From Minisyncoccota bacterium (GTDB lineage Bacteria > Patescibacteriota > Minisyncoccia > Phycocordibacterales > SW-6-46-9), in NCBI GenBank assembly GCA_040905385.1, contig JBBDRP010000002.1:149337-213336 (forward strand): 64,000 nucleotides of DNA. Direction: 5' to 3'. Positions within the stretch are counted from its first letter, which is position 1. Every line of letters starts with the position of its first letter. The notes under the pieces are model-generated. The model saw only the letters and a list, made by a program, of their open reading frames with translations, was not told where the DNA came from and did not search any database. Below are positions 47,805-57,667 of this stretch, piece by piece. A program made the translations under genes and the position numbers.

Positions 47805-50222
47805 ATGAACCCGTCAAAAAAGAACTCCAACGTACCTCCAAAACCCGGCGATATTAACTACTTTGCCGAGTCTGATTACCGCAACCGCAACACCAAGTTC
47901 GGTATCCGTCGCGAGGATCGTACCCGCCATATGTACGTGATCGGAAAGACCGGTATGGGAAAAACAACTCTGCTACAGAACATGGCGATTCAGGATATTC
48001 GCAATGGTAATGGTCTGGCCTTCATCGACCCCCACGGCGAGGTGGCTGACAGCCTGCTTGACTACGTCCCCAAGGATCGTGTTAAGGATGTAATGTACTT
48101 TGCGCCGTTTGATCTCGAGCACCCGATATCCTTTAACGTCATGGAGGATGTTGGCCCGGACAAACGACACCTCGTCGCCGACGGCCTACTTAGCGCCTTT
48201 AAAAAAATCTGGGTAGACATGTGGTCGGGACGAATGGAGTACCTCCTTAACAACGCGCTGTTGGCCCTGCTGGAGTATCCGGATGCCACCATTCTGGGGG
48301 TCAACCGTATGTTTGCCGATGAGGAGTATCGCAAGCGCGTGGTCGCCAATGTCTCTGACGTCTCGGTCAAGGCCTTCTGGGAGAATGAGTTTGCCGGCTA
48401 TGACCAGCAGTTCGCCGCCCAGGCTGCATCGGCCATCCAGAACAAGGTCGGGCAGTTTGTCTCTAACCCGCAGGTGCGCAACATCGTCGGGCAGGTCAAG
48501 TCCTCCTTTGATGTTCGTCAGCTGATGGATGAAAAGAAGATTATGCTTATTAACCTCTCAAAGGGGCAGGTTGGTGAGGACAATGCCCGGCTGATCGGTT
48601 CTATGCTGATTACCAAGATGTATCTGGCCGCCATGAGCCGTGCCGATACCGGCGGATCAGATGGTGGTCTGGCCAGTCTGCCACAGTTCTATTTTTATGT
48701 TGATGAGTTCCAATCATTTGCCAACGAGTCTTTTGCCGGCATTCTTTCCGAGGCTCGTAAATACAAGCTGAATCTCACCATCGCTCACCAGTACATCGAA
48801 CAGATGACCGAGGATGTACGCAATGCTGTCTTTGGTAACGTCGGAACCATGATTTCATTTCGGGTCGGTGCCTTTGACGCCGAGGTTCTAGAGAAGGAGT
48901 TCGCTCCTGAGTTTGAGGCCGAGGATCTCGTAAACCTTGGCTTTGCTCAGATTTATCTTAAGTTGATGGTCAACGGCGTATCCTCCAAGCCATTTTCAGC
49001 CCGGACGCTGCCGCCGATTGATTTCCGCGGCAAATCATACCGCGAGGAAGTACGCGAGTGGTCACGCCAGCACTTCGGCCGCCCACGCGACGAGGTCGAG
49101 GCCGAGGTTGATAAATGGCATGACTCCACTTACGGCATCATTGATGATGAGCTAGCCGAGCAGATGGCAAAGCAGCAGGCGGAAAAACGCAAGGCCGAGG
49201 GCAAGGAACCCTTCGAGGAACCGCCAGCACCTAAGGCTGAGCTTGTTAAAAAGTACGAGGTCGGACAGGTTATTGAAGGGCCGATTGCGGGCATTGCTGA
49301 TTTCGGTGTTTTTGTCACCATTGAAAATGGTCTCGAGGGGCTGGTGCATGTCTCTGAGATGGATGAGGGTCATGTCGATGATGTGCACGAATTTTTTGAA
49401 GAAGGCCAGGAGGTGTCCGCGAAGATTATTGATATTGATGCCGAGCGCGTCTCACTTTCCATAAAAGCCCTTAATGAAGCTGAGTTGAGTGATAGCGAAA
49501 CGAAGTCCCGCTCTAGCGGGGAGCAGAGCGACGACAGCGGGGAGGATGATGTTGATGCTGAGCCAAAAGATACGCCGGCGCCAGAACCACCAAAACCCGA
49601 GAAAGAGCCCGAAGTTGGGTCGAGCGATAGTGAATCAAAATCCCGCCCTAGTAGAGAGAGTACTACTGATGAAGGAGATGAAGAGAAGGACGAGAAAAAA
49701 GCCGCCGAGATCGATACTACCAAGGAGCCAAAGCTCATAAAGAAAAAAACCAGTGCAAAGAAAGATAATCCGAAAACTACTGACGACAATCCCGCTTTGC
49801 GTAAGGCTACACAGAACAAGGAAGAAAGTAAAGATCCAAAAGAAAATGATGTTGAGTTGAGCAATAGCGAAACGAAATCCCGCTCTAGCGGGGACAAGAG
49901 TCCATCCACCGCCAACAAGTCCAAACTCCAGCAGGCCTTGGCCAAGGTAAAGTCATCCCTGGGAAGTAGTGCATCAGAGGACAAGGAAAATGAGTCAGAA
50001 GATAAGGCTGAGCCGAACGAAAGCAAAACAAAATCCCGCATCAGCGAGGCTGACGATGGCTTGCCGGCAGACTTCTCTGAGGAGGAGCTGCGCCAGATGC
50101 TGTCAGTAGATCAAGATATTTCAGAAGCTGAGTCATCGGAAGATGACGAAGTCCCGTCTGAGGTTGATAAATCCCGCTCTAGCGGGGAGCAGAGCGACGA
50201 TAGCGACGATAGCGGGGACTAG
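47805..50222 (+). CDS. VirD4/TraG (HerA/FtsK-like) ATPase fused to an S1 domain and an acidic repeat tail
   Basis: HMYVIGKTGMGKT, IDPHGE, YVDEFQ, LSEARKY, AHQY, GNVGT; S1 at ~49251-49472 (YEVGQVIEG..DFGVFV..GLEGLVHVSE..GQEVSAKIIDID..RVSLSIKAL). Confidence 0.9.
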   Translation: MNPSKKNSNVPPKPGDINYFAESDYRNRNTKFGIRREDRTRHMYVIGKTGMGKTTLLQNMAIQDIRNGNGLAFIDPHGEVADSLLDYVPKDRVKDVMYFAPFDLEHPISFNVMEDVGPDKRHLVADGLLSAFKKIWVDMWSGRMEYLLNNALLALLEYPDATILGVNRMFADEEYRKRVVANVSDVSVKAFWENEFAGYDQQFAAQAASAIQNKVGQFVSNPQVRNIVGQVKSSFDVRQLMDEKKIMLINLSKGQVGEDNARLIGSMLITKMYLAAMSRADTGGSDGGLASLPQFYFYVDEFQSFANESFAGILSEARKYKLNLTIAHQYIEQMTEDVRNAVFGNVGTMISFRVGAFDAEVLEKEFAPEFEAEDLVNLGFAQIYLKLMVNGVSSKPFSARTLPPIDFRGKSYREEVREWSRQHFGRPRDEVEAEVDKWHDSTYGIIDDELAEQMAKQQAEKRKAEGKEPFEEPPAPKAELVKKYEVGQVIEGPIAGIADFGVFVTIENGLEGLVHVSEMDEGHVDDVHEFFEEGQEVSAKIIDIDAERVSLSIKALNEAELSDSETKSRSSGEQSDDSGEDDVDAEPKDTPAPEPPKPEKEPEVGSSDSESKSRPSRESTTDEGDEEKDEKKAAEIDTTKEPKLIKKKTSAKKDNPKTTDDNPALRKATQNKEESKDPKENDVELSNSETKSRSSGDKSPSTANKSKLQQALAKVKSSLGSSASEDKENESEDKAEPNESKTKSRISEADDGLPADFSEEELRQMLSVDQDISEAESSEDDEVPSEVDKSRSSGEQSDDSDDSGD

Positions 50223-50231
50223 TACTTGCAC

Positions 50232-50318
50232 GTCTGCAAGGATGTTATCCTTACAGAAGGTTGATGGCTTTACATATTACGTAGCTTGTTGCCAAGCTCG
50301 CAAGGTCTAACCTTACAG
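50232..50318. repeat. REP-like palindromes
   Basis: gtctgcaaggatgttatccttacag and gcaaggtctaaccttacag. Confidence 0.65.
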
Positions 50319-50353
50319 GCTGTGGTGAGGAAATCCGCGATATACTATAGATA

Positions 50354-51883
50354 ATGACCGGACAAATTGCTCGCTATGTAGCAATACTCTTTACGGCGGT
50401 GCTTCTGCTGCCGCCCGTTGCCTTTGGCCAGACGATCCAGATTACCGAGATAATGTACGACCTGGACGGCACCGATGCCGACCGCGAGTGGATAGAGGTA
50501 CACAACACCTCAGGCAGTAGTATTGACCTGAACGACTGGCACTTTAAGGAAAATGACGTCAACCACCTACTAAACCCGGCCGAGGATGGCGGCGACACGG
50601 TGCTGTCGGCTGATGCCTACGCGGTAATTGCTGATGACCCCGACGCCTTCTTTGCTGATCACGCAAATGTTTCGGCGTTGGTGCTGGATTCCTCCTTTGG
50701 GCTTTCTAACACGGGCGAGGAGTTGGCAATTACCGATGCGGATGAAGCGGTAATTAACGAGGTTACCTACGATCCAGACATCGGTGCCGGCGGTACCGGT
50801 AACTCGCTGCAGCTTACCGGTGGCAACTGGATCGCGGCTGACCCGACTCCGGGCGAGGCTAATGCTACCGAAGCCGCCGATGAAGACGATGACGACAGCA
50901 GCGGTTCCGAGGGCGATTACGACATTGATATTATGGATCCGCGTTCAGAGCCGAGCGATTCGGTCGATGATATAGAGATTGATGCCGGCGATGATATCCC
51001 GGCACTGGCTGGACTAGCTGTCGACATCCGTGGTGAGGTCGATGGCGTTAGCGACCATGTTATGGACACGCTGGACTTCCACTGGTCGCTCGGCAATGGC
51101 GATACGGCGACCACCCGGCAGACGCGCTATGTATACGAGTATCCTGGAACGTATGTCGCCACCTTTCGGGTTACTACCGATGAGGGCGAGGTCTACACAG
51201 ACGCCACCGTTGTCGAGGTGCTGGAGCCGGCGGTAACGATCTCTGCAGTAGGCACCGGAGACGACGCCTACATCCAGCTGGAAAATGACACCGGCCGGCC
51301 GGTGGATCTGGCCGGCTGGTCGCTATCCGACGGAGACGATGTCTTTACCTTTCCAGTGCATACGATTCATCTTGACGGCGAGCAGCTGACGATTACCGCG
51401 GATGTCTCTGGATTGTCCACCAGTGATATCGATCTGAGGTACCCTGATGGGCGACTGGCGCACTCCTATGTAGAAGAGGAGGGCGATGAGCAGACGGGCA
51501 TCACGCACACACCGACCACCCAGCGGACGTATGCACCACCTGCTAATACCACCGAATCCGAGCAGTCGGTAGATAAAGCAACTGGTGGTGAAAATGAATC
51601 CGGCCAGGTTCAGGGCTCCAGCACCACCACAACCGACACGAGCATCTCGCTGGATGACGCCTTTGCTACGGGCGATCAGGCCGCCGCTGCTATGATGGCC
51701 ACGCGCAACGGTGGCAACACAGATACGCTGTGGCAGTGGGCCGGGGTGCTTTTCTTGCTACTTCTCATCACGGTCGGCACCGCCATCCTCATGCGCCGCG
51801 TCTCCCGGCCGGCCGACAGCCCACTCGTCCAGGCCAGCAAGTTCAACATCAACCAGATCGGCGAGGATACAGATAAAACATAG
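50354..51883 (+). CDS. Lamin-tail (LTD) + PKD domain surface protein
   Basis: ITEIMYD..DREWIEVHN, PTPG, WSLGNG..YEYPGTY, second LTD (YIQLEN..VDLAGWSL), C-terminal TM helix. Confidence 0.88.
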   Translation: MTGQIARYVAILFTAVLLLPPVAFGQTIQITEIMYDLDGTDADREWIEVHNTSGSSIDLNDWHFKENDVNHLLNPAEDGGDTVLSADAYAVIADDPDAFFADHANVSALVLDSSFGLSNTGEELAITDADEAVINEVTYDPDIGAGGTGNSLQLTGGNWIAADPTPGEANATEAADEDDDDSSGSEGDYDIDIMDPRSEPSDSVDDIEIDAGDDIPALAGLAVDIRGEVDGVSDHVMDTLDFHWSLGNGDTATTRQTRYVYEYPGTYVATFRVTTDEGEVYTDATVVEVLEPAVTISAVGTGDDAYIQLENDTGRPVDLAGWSLSDGDDVFTFPVHTIHLDGEQLTITADVSGLSTSDIDLRYPDGRLAHSYVEEEGDEQTGITHTPTTQRTYAPPANTTESEQSVDKATGGENESGQVQGSSTTTTDTSISLDDAFATGDQAAAAMMATRNGGNTDTLWQWAGVLFLLLLITVGTAILMRRVSRPADSPLVQASKFNINQIGEDTDKT

Positions 51884-51927
51884 GTCTAACCTCCGTATGT
51901 AGAAGTTTATTTGGTAATATGCTAAAT

Positions 51928-52059
51928 ATGTCTAATAACATAGAAAAAAATGATTCTGACGATGGGAAGTGGAAGACTGTGATAGATTTCACTGAAATTA
52001 ATGAAAACGGTATTTGTGGGCAAGAAATCCTCGAAGTTATAAAAAAGCTTGAGAAATAG
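51928..52059 (+). CDS. 43-aa small protein or gene remnant
   Basis: MSNNIEKNDSDDGKWKTVIDFTEINENGICGQEILEVIKKLEK*; TGGTAATAT just upstream. Confidence 0.45.
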   Translation: MSNNIEKNDSDDGKWKTVIDFTEINENGICGQEILEVIKKLEK

Positions 52060-52063
52060 CAAC

Positions 52064-52178
52064 TTTTAAACGTCCGACGTTTAAAACTACCGAGATGTTA
52101 GAGGTCCGACCTCTAACATGTTAAGTTTCGGAAGTCTAACAGTTTACTGGCTTCAGATGTCAACATACATCGGATGTA
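52064..52178. repeat. REP-like GTCCGAC palindromes
   Basis: ttttaaacgtccgacgtttaaaa, tgttagaggtccgacctctaaca, atacatcggatgtat. Confidence 0.7.
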
Positions 52179-52224
52179 TGTAAATAGGCGATTGTGGGCT
52201 CTGTTTGCGTTATAATACTGGTAT

Positions 52225-53469
52225 ATGAATCAAGAGGACTCAATCGCGCAGTCGTCAGCTGTCTCTAACGGAATGAATACTGATGATGGTGACTCACAGC
52301 TGCCGGTGAAAACTGGCGGGTTAAAAATACTCCTGGTCGTCACAAAGGCCGATATGGGTGGGGCCCAGAAGCGGATTATTGATATGGCTACACGCTACCG
52401 GGACGCCGGCCATCAGGTGACGGTCGCCAGTGGTCCGGGCTCGTACCTGCCGCGCAAGCTGGCCGCACGTGATATCAAGCATCACTTTCTGGCGTACCTC
52501 TCGCGGGCGAATCCGCTGAAGATTCTTGCCTACATCGTCGAGCTCTGGAATTACCTACGCCGGCAGGATGAGCCGTTTGATGTCGTTCATCTCAACAGCT
52601 CCTCGGCACTGGCCGGGGCACTGGCTGCACGCGCTCCGCAGGCCGGCTCACCAAAGACGGTTTTTACCTTTCGGGGGCTGTCGGTTTTGGCGCCAGGGTA
52701 CAAGACGAACAGCCTCAAGAAACGCTTTTATGAGTACAGCTTCAAGGCCTTTCTGCCGTTTGTGGATGTCGGTGTCTTTCAGTGCGCAGCCAACCAAAAG
52801 GTCGCGCGCGATCTGGGTATCCAGACAACGACCGAGGTCGTCATCAGCGACGGTATCGATCCAGATGCGGTCGACTTCCTCGACCCGGCTACAGCTCGTG
52901 AAAAGCTGGCGTCGATGGTAGATGGCGACATCGCCGACAAGTTGTTGGTTGGGTCCATTGGTCGACTGGCGTACGCGAAAAACTACGCCTTTCTGATTCG
53001 CCAGCTCAGGAAGCTAAAGAAACACCGCCAGGATGTTGCGGCCATCATTATCGGTGACGGGCCCGAGTACGATCATCTGGCCGGCTGTATCCACCGGCTG
53101 GGCCTTACCGACTCGGTCTTCCTGGTTGGTGCGGAGGAAGACGCCGCCCAGTACCTGGCTGGCTTTGATGTGTTTGTGCTACCCAGCCATTACGAGGGGC
53201 TGTCCATGACGCTGACCGAGGCGATGCATGCCGGCGTCCCGCTCCTCGTATCTGATGTCGGCTGCAGCGGCGGGGTAGTGGGTGATGAGCGCATGGTCTT
53301 CCAGCCAGGCGATGCAGTCGAGTTTCTCGACAAGCTCGAGGGCTTGCTGGATGCAGATGACCGCGACGAGCTTTCGAAGGCTGTCCACCGCCGAGCGCAG
53401 GAGTTGGTACTGGATCGAAGTATCAGTAAATATCTAGATTTATATGAAGACATCACGTCCAGCTCATAA
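52225..53469 (+). CDS. GT4 glycosyltransferase
   Basis: MGGAQK, IGRL..KNY, FVLPSHYEGL..EAM. Confidence 0.92.
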   Translation: MNQEDSIAQSSAVSNGMNTDDGDSQLPVKTGGLKILLVVTKADMGGAQKRIIDMATRYRDAGHQVTVASGPGSYLPRKLAARDIKHHFLAYLSRANPLKILAYIVELWNYLRRQDEPFDVVHLNSSSALAGALAARAPQAGSPKTVFTFRGLSVLAPGYKTNSLKKRFYEYSFKAFLPFVDVGVFQCAANQKVARDLGIQTTTEVVISDGIDPDAVDFLDPATAREKLASMVDGDIADKLLVGSIGRLAYAKNYAFLIRQLRKLKKHRQDVAAIIIGDGPEYDHLAGCIHRLGLTDSVFLVGAEEDAAQYLAGFDVFVLPSHYEGLSMTLTEAMHAGVPLLVSDVGCSGGVVGDERMVFQPGDAVEFLDKLEGLLDADDRDELSKAVHRRAQELVLDRSISKYLDLYEDITSSS

Positions 53470-53497
53470 AATGCTACGCTGTACGTAGTAACCAGCT

Positions 53498-53875
53498 ATG
53501 ATTGACCTGATTACAATTCTGATTCTGACCGGTCTGGTCGTATTTCTGTATCTACAGAACCGGAATCTAAAGATCGAGATTGAGCGTGGTCGGAAGGAGG
53601 CAGCAGCCGAGGTCGAGTGTGCCGTCGCCGCCAGCGGGCTGGATGATTACAACGCTCGCTTGCAGCAGATGAAGGAGGAGCGTAAAGACGAGATTCTGGA
53701 TTTTCTGGAAGCGGCCGGCAGCCTCAGTAGCGGCGACATCGCCGACCGGTTAGAGGTATCCAACCGAACTGCGCTTAGATATCTGAATGAACTTGAAGAG
53801 GAGGGTCGCGTACGGCAAAAAGGTTCCTTAGGGCGCTTTGTGCGGTATAAAATCAATCCGACAGACACTGATTGA
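53498..53875 (+). CDS. Membrane-anchored winged-HTH protein
   Basis: N-terminal TM helix; DIADRLEVSNRTALRYLNELEEEG. Confidence 0.8.
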   Translation: MIDLITILILTGLVVFLYLQNRNLKIEIERGRKEAAAEVECAVAASGLDDYNARLQQMKEERKDEILDFLEAAGSLSSGDIADRLEVSNRTALRYLNELEEEGRVRQKGSLGRFVRYKINPTDTD

Positions 53876-53932
53876 CGTATTGAAAATGGCCTAAAATAAA
53901 GCCTTTTTAGGTTATTAAGTAAAAAATATAAC

Positions 53933-54616
53933 ATGAAGTTAATTAAAAAAATTCTCCAATTTATTAAAGCTCCTTTTTATTTTTTAAAGATAAATTTGTA
54001 TAAATTTAAATCCGTTGAAGACTTAGTTGATTTTACACAAAATCGTTCGGGTGGATTTATAAGACAAATGCAAATTTCTAGTGAAATAACTTCTTTACTA
54101 AATAGATTGGAAAATGAAGATATAAAAAATATTTTAGAAATAGGAACTGCGCGCGGCGGTACGTTGTTTTCGTTTTCCAAAGTTTCTTCCGGTGAATCAA
54201 AATTAATAAGTATAGATTTACCAAAAGGTGATTTTGGAGACGGTTACTCTTTTCTTAAGATTCCTTTATTTAAATCTTTTGCTTCTAAAGATAAGAAAAT
54301 TTATTTAATCAGAAAAGATTCTCATAAGGGAATTACTCTTGATGAAGTGAAGGAAATACTATCTGACCAGAAGCTCGATTTTCTTTTTATAGATGGTGAT
54401 CATACCTATGATGGTGTTAAAAAAGATTTTGAGATGTATTCTTCACTCGTAAAAGAAGGTGGTCTCATAGCTTTTCATGATATTGTTGATGGTCCAAAAG
54501 AGAATGTAGGTGGAGTTCCTAGATTTTGGCAAGAGGTGAAAAATGAACATAAATATGAAGAGTTTATAGAAGATCCACTACAAGGAGGTTATGGTATTGG
54601 TTTAATTAAAATATAA
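53933..54616 (+). CDS. Class I SAM-dependent methyltransferase (Methyltransf_24-like)
   Basis: LEIGTARGGT, DFLFIDGDHTY, GGLIAFHD. Confidence 0.9.
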   Translation: MKLIKKILQFIKAPFYFLKINLYKFKSVEDLVDFTQNRSGGFIRQMQISSEITSLLNRLENEDIKNILEIGTARGGTLFSFSKVSSGESKLISIDLPKGDFGDGYSFLKIPLFKSFASKDKKIYLIRKDSHKGITLDEVKEILSDQKLDFLFIDGDHTYDGVKKDFEMYSSLVKEGGLIAFHDIVDGPKENVGGVPRFWQEVKNEHKYEEFIEDPLQGGYGIGLIKI

Positions 54617-54623
54617 TTTTATT

Positions 54624-55535
54624 ATGAGTTCAAAAGTATCAGTAATAATACCTGCTTATAATAGTGCGAGATTTATAGAAGCAACCATAAATAGTGTTTT
54701 ATCACAATCTTACGATAATATCGAAATTATTGTAGTGGATGATGGATCTACAGATAGAACTCGATATGTTGTAGAAGGAATTCAAAAAAAAGATAAGCGT
54801 GTAAAATATTTTTTCCAGCAAAATTCAGGAGGTCCCGCTAGTCCGAAAAATACAGGATTTAAACAATCTACAGGTGAGTATATTGCTTATTTAGATCATG
54901 ATGACGAGTGGTTGCCCAATAAATTAGAGAAACAATTGGCTTTATTTAATGATACACAGTCAAATCTGGGTTTAATAAGCTGCAGTGCTTATATTTATGA
55001 AGGCAAAAAAATGACAAGGATTCATCGGTTATCAAAAAAGGATAATTCGCTTCAAGGACTATTAGTAGATTCATTAAGTTATTTTTTTAGTAATAGTAGC
55101 ATGTTAATTCCAAGACATGTTGTGGAAGATGTGGGTGACAGGGATGAAAATTTAAGCGTGTTAGAGGATTTAGATATTGTCTTAAGAATTTTAGAGGAAG
55201 GTTACAAAATCGATTTTATTTCTGAACCTTTAATTAAATATAATTTAGGTGATTCTAATTTATCAAAAGATTTTAATCGAGTGGCTCAAGATTACAAGAT
55301 ATTTATGGGTAAATACAGGAATCTATTCAAAAAATATCCTAAGGCTTACAGTGTTAGGTTAGAAAGTTTAGCAACAGCACAGGTATTGAGTGGCAATCTT
55401 AAAAAAGCTAAGAAAAATTTAATCAAATCAATCAAGAATAATGCTAGAATAAAGAATGTTGCTAAGCTTATCCTGGCCTTACTGAGTCAAAATTTTTTTT
55501 GTTTTTTATTCGATGCAAGAAAGAGGCTTCGGTAA
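54624..55535 (+). CDS. GT2 glycosyltransferase
   Basis: SVIIPAYN, VVDDGSTD, LDHDD. Confidence 0.93.
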   Translation: MSSKVSVIIPAYNSARFIEATINSVLSQSYDNIEIIVVDDGSTDRTRYVVEGIQKKDKRVKYFFQQNSGGPASPKNTGFKQSTGEYIAYLDHDDEWLPNKLEKQLALFNDTQSNLGLISCSAYIYEGKKMTRIHRLSKKDNSLQGLLVDSLSYFFSNSSMLIPRHVVEDVGDRDENLSVLEDLDIVLRILEEGYKIDFISEPLIKYNLGDSNLSKDFNRVAQDYKIFMGKYRNLFKKYPKAYSVRLESLATAQVLSGNLKKAKKNLIKSIKNNARIKNVAKLILALLSQNFFCFLFDARKRLR

Positions 55536-55547
55536 ATTTTAGACATA

Positions 55548-56999
55548 ATGAGAACTCAACTGCAAACAACAAGAGTTTTATTTGATACCTTCAACAAAAA
55601 GAAGTTGACTTACTGCAGTTGGAAAAGCAATGAACATTTAGAGCACGGGTTGAATGGTGAGTCTGATTTAGACATTTTGGTATCCGAGAGAGACAAAGAG
55701 TTGTGTAAGGAAATTTTGTATAGGAATAATTTTAAGCAACTTGTTTCTCCTTCTTGGATGCATTACCCTCTCGTAGAAGACTGGATTGGCCTGGATCAGG
55801 AAACAGGAAAGCTGATTCATGTTCACCTGCATTACGAACTTCCAACAGGAAAAAAATTAGTAAAGGAACAATTATTACCTTGGACTGATAAAATTTTAAA
55901 AACTCGGATTTTTGATGATAATTTTGGTGTATATGTTATTAACCCTAATTTTGAGTTAATTACTTTAGTTTTGCGAATAGGAATAAAGGCAAGATTTACT
56001 AAAGTACGTAGTAAATTTCCAGAAAATATAATAAAAGAGATTAATTATCTTAGAGAAAGATCTAAGAGAAAGAAAGTTCTCTCCTTATGTAGAGAGTTAT
56101 TTGGAGACAAGGAAGGTGAGAAACTGGCAAATATAATTTTAAATATTAAAACAAGGATCTCTCTATCTGATTTTTTATATCTTAAAAAAAATATCCAGAA
56201 GAATATTGCTCAATATAAAAGATTTAATTTTCTCAAGACTAATCTTCTCTACTACTATAGAGCTCTTAAGATAAGATTTTTCAAGTTGATTAATAAGACA
56301 TTTTTTCAACACAAAACAAAAAAAAGATTATATTCATCAGGAATAATGATAGCGTTTGTTGGTATTGATGGTTCTGGAAAATCAACTGCTACAGACAGAC
56401 TGTATAACTGGCTATCTGTTTACTTAAACGTCAGAAAGATTTATTTTGGCTGGAATAATAGTTTTGTTTCTGGACTAAAAAAAATTAAAAAAAATGTATT
56501 TAAAGGTAGTGGAAAACAAAAAACATCAAATACAGAATCAACATTTAGACAGGGGTTTTTATTCTACTGCTTCGCAATTTTTCTGGCTCTAAGTAAATAC
56601 AGAAAACTTAAAAATGCCTACAGATTACGTAACAGCGGAAATGTAATTTTAGCAGATAGATATCCAACGAACAGAACTTCATTTGGTTCAAGTGATGGAC
56701 CGATGATTGATGAAAAATATGTTACTAATTTTTTGACGCGTACCTTTTTTACATTGGAAAATAAGATCTATAGATCCATCAGAGAAAAATACGATCCTGA
56801 TGTTGTGATAAGGCTTAATATTTCACCAAGTGAAGCAATTAAGAGAAAGCCAAATCATAATATTAGTGACTTAAACAAAAAACATAAAATTTTAAATTGT
56901 GCAGATTTCGGGAATTCTAAAGTGGTTAATGTGGATTCAACAAAGGATTTAGAAACATTACTTCTAAAAATAAAAAATATATTATGGAAAATGATATAA
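55548..56999 (+). CDS. Nucleotidyltransferase-fold / thymidylate-kinase-like fusion
   Basis: N-terminal WKS..GESDLDILV; C-terminal GIDGSGKST and LADRYP. Confidence 0.75.
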   Translation: MRTQLQTTRVLFDTFNKKKLTYCSWKSNEHLEHGLNGESDLDILVSERDKELCKEILYRNNFKQLVSPSWMHYPLVEDWIGLDQETGKLIHVHLHYELPTGKKLVKEQLLPWTDKILKTRIFDDNFGVYVINPNFELITLVLRIGIKARFTKVRSKFPENIIKEINYLRERSKRKKVLSLCRELFGDKEGEKLANIILNIKTRISLSDFLYLKKNIQKNIAQYKRFNFLKTNLLYYYRALKIRFFKLINKTFFQHKTKKRLYSSGIMIAFVGIDGSGKSTATDRLYNWLSVYLNVRKIYFGWNNSFVSGLKKIKKNVFKGSGKQKTSNTESTFRQGFLFYCFAIFLALSKYRKLKNAYRLRNSGNVILADRYPTNRTSFGSSDGPMIDEKYVTNFLTRTFFTLENKIYRSIREKYDPDVVIRLNISPSEAIKRKPNHNISDLNKKHKILNCADFGNSKVVNVDSTKDLETLLLKIKNILWKMI

Positions 57000-57667
57000 A
57001 AGATATCTTTCTAGTGGAGTTCATTGGATTACCTGGTGCAGGAAAAACAACTACTGCAGCAAAAGTTTATACAAAACTTTTGGATTCTGGATATCGGTGT
57101 TCTGTAAGAGAATCTATGTCACCAGGTAACGAGTCAAGTATTATTGATCGATTTATATACGGCATATATTTTGTATGCTCCCACCCCTTAAAAGTTACAA
57201 AGATATTTTTATTAAGTTTGTATTTAAAAAAACCGAGTAAGTTTTTTCTCTTGTTGAAGGTATTTATTTCTCAGTTTAGAAATATTAATAATAAAAATAT
57301 CCATTATGCAATATATGATCAAGGTATTTTCAACATGCTTCTCTATATCGGAGGTGAAAATACGAACTGGAAGAAAATAATAAAAATTTACACAAAATTA
57401 CTGCCTGTAAATTTGTGTTTTATAGTCTTAGAGATAAGTATCGAAAAAGCTATTAAGAGGGCAAAGAATAGAAAGTTAAAAAGACATTTTACAAAGCAAG
57501 AATCAGACAAAAGAATTAGAAAGATATACTCAAAGTACAATGAAAATATTAGATTTCTTTTGAGTGATTTGAAAAATACTCCATATTTAAATTTAAATAT
57601 GAAATCAGAATTGGACTATAATGTAGATAAAACCACACAATTTTTAAGTAAGCTTAGAAAGACATGA
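56984..57667 (+). CDS. P-loop (nucleotide-kinase-like) protein
   Basis: VEFIGLPGAGKTT, YDQG. Confidence 0.75.
   Translation: MENDIKDIFLVEFIGLPGAGKTTTAAKVYTKLLDSGYRCSVRESMSPGNESSIIDRFIYGIYFVCSHPLKVTKIFLLSLYLKKPSKFFLLLKVFISQFRNINNKNIHYAIYDQGIFNMLLYIGGENTNWKKIIKIYTKLLPVNLCFIVLEISIEKAIKRAKNRKLKRHFTKQESDKRIRKIYSKYNENIRFLLSDLKNTPYLNLNMKSELDYNVDKTTQFLSKLRKT

Noticed and set aside
49479-50218. CRISPR array
   Set aside because: Repeats are degenerate, irregularly spaced and inside an ORF, and there are no cas genes; no CRISPR array was seen anywhere in the window.
47805-50222. Conjugative element
   Set aside because: No relaxase, VirB genes or integrase nearby, and the flanks are ordinary chromosomal genes.
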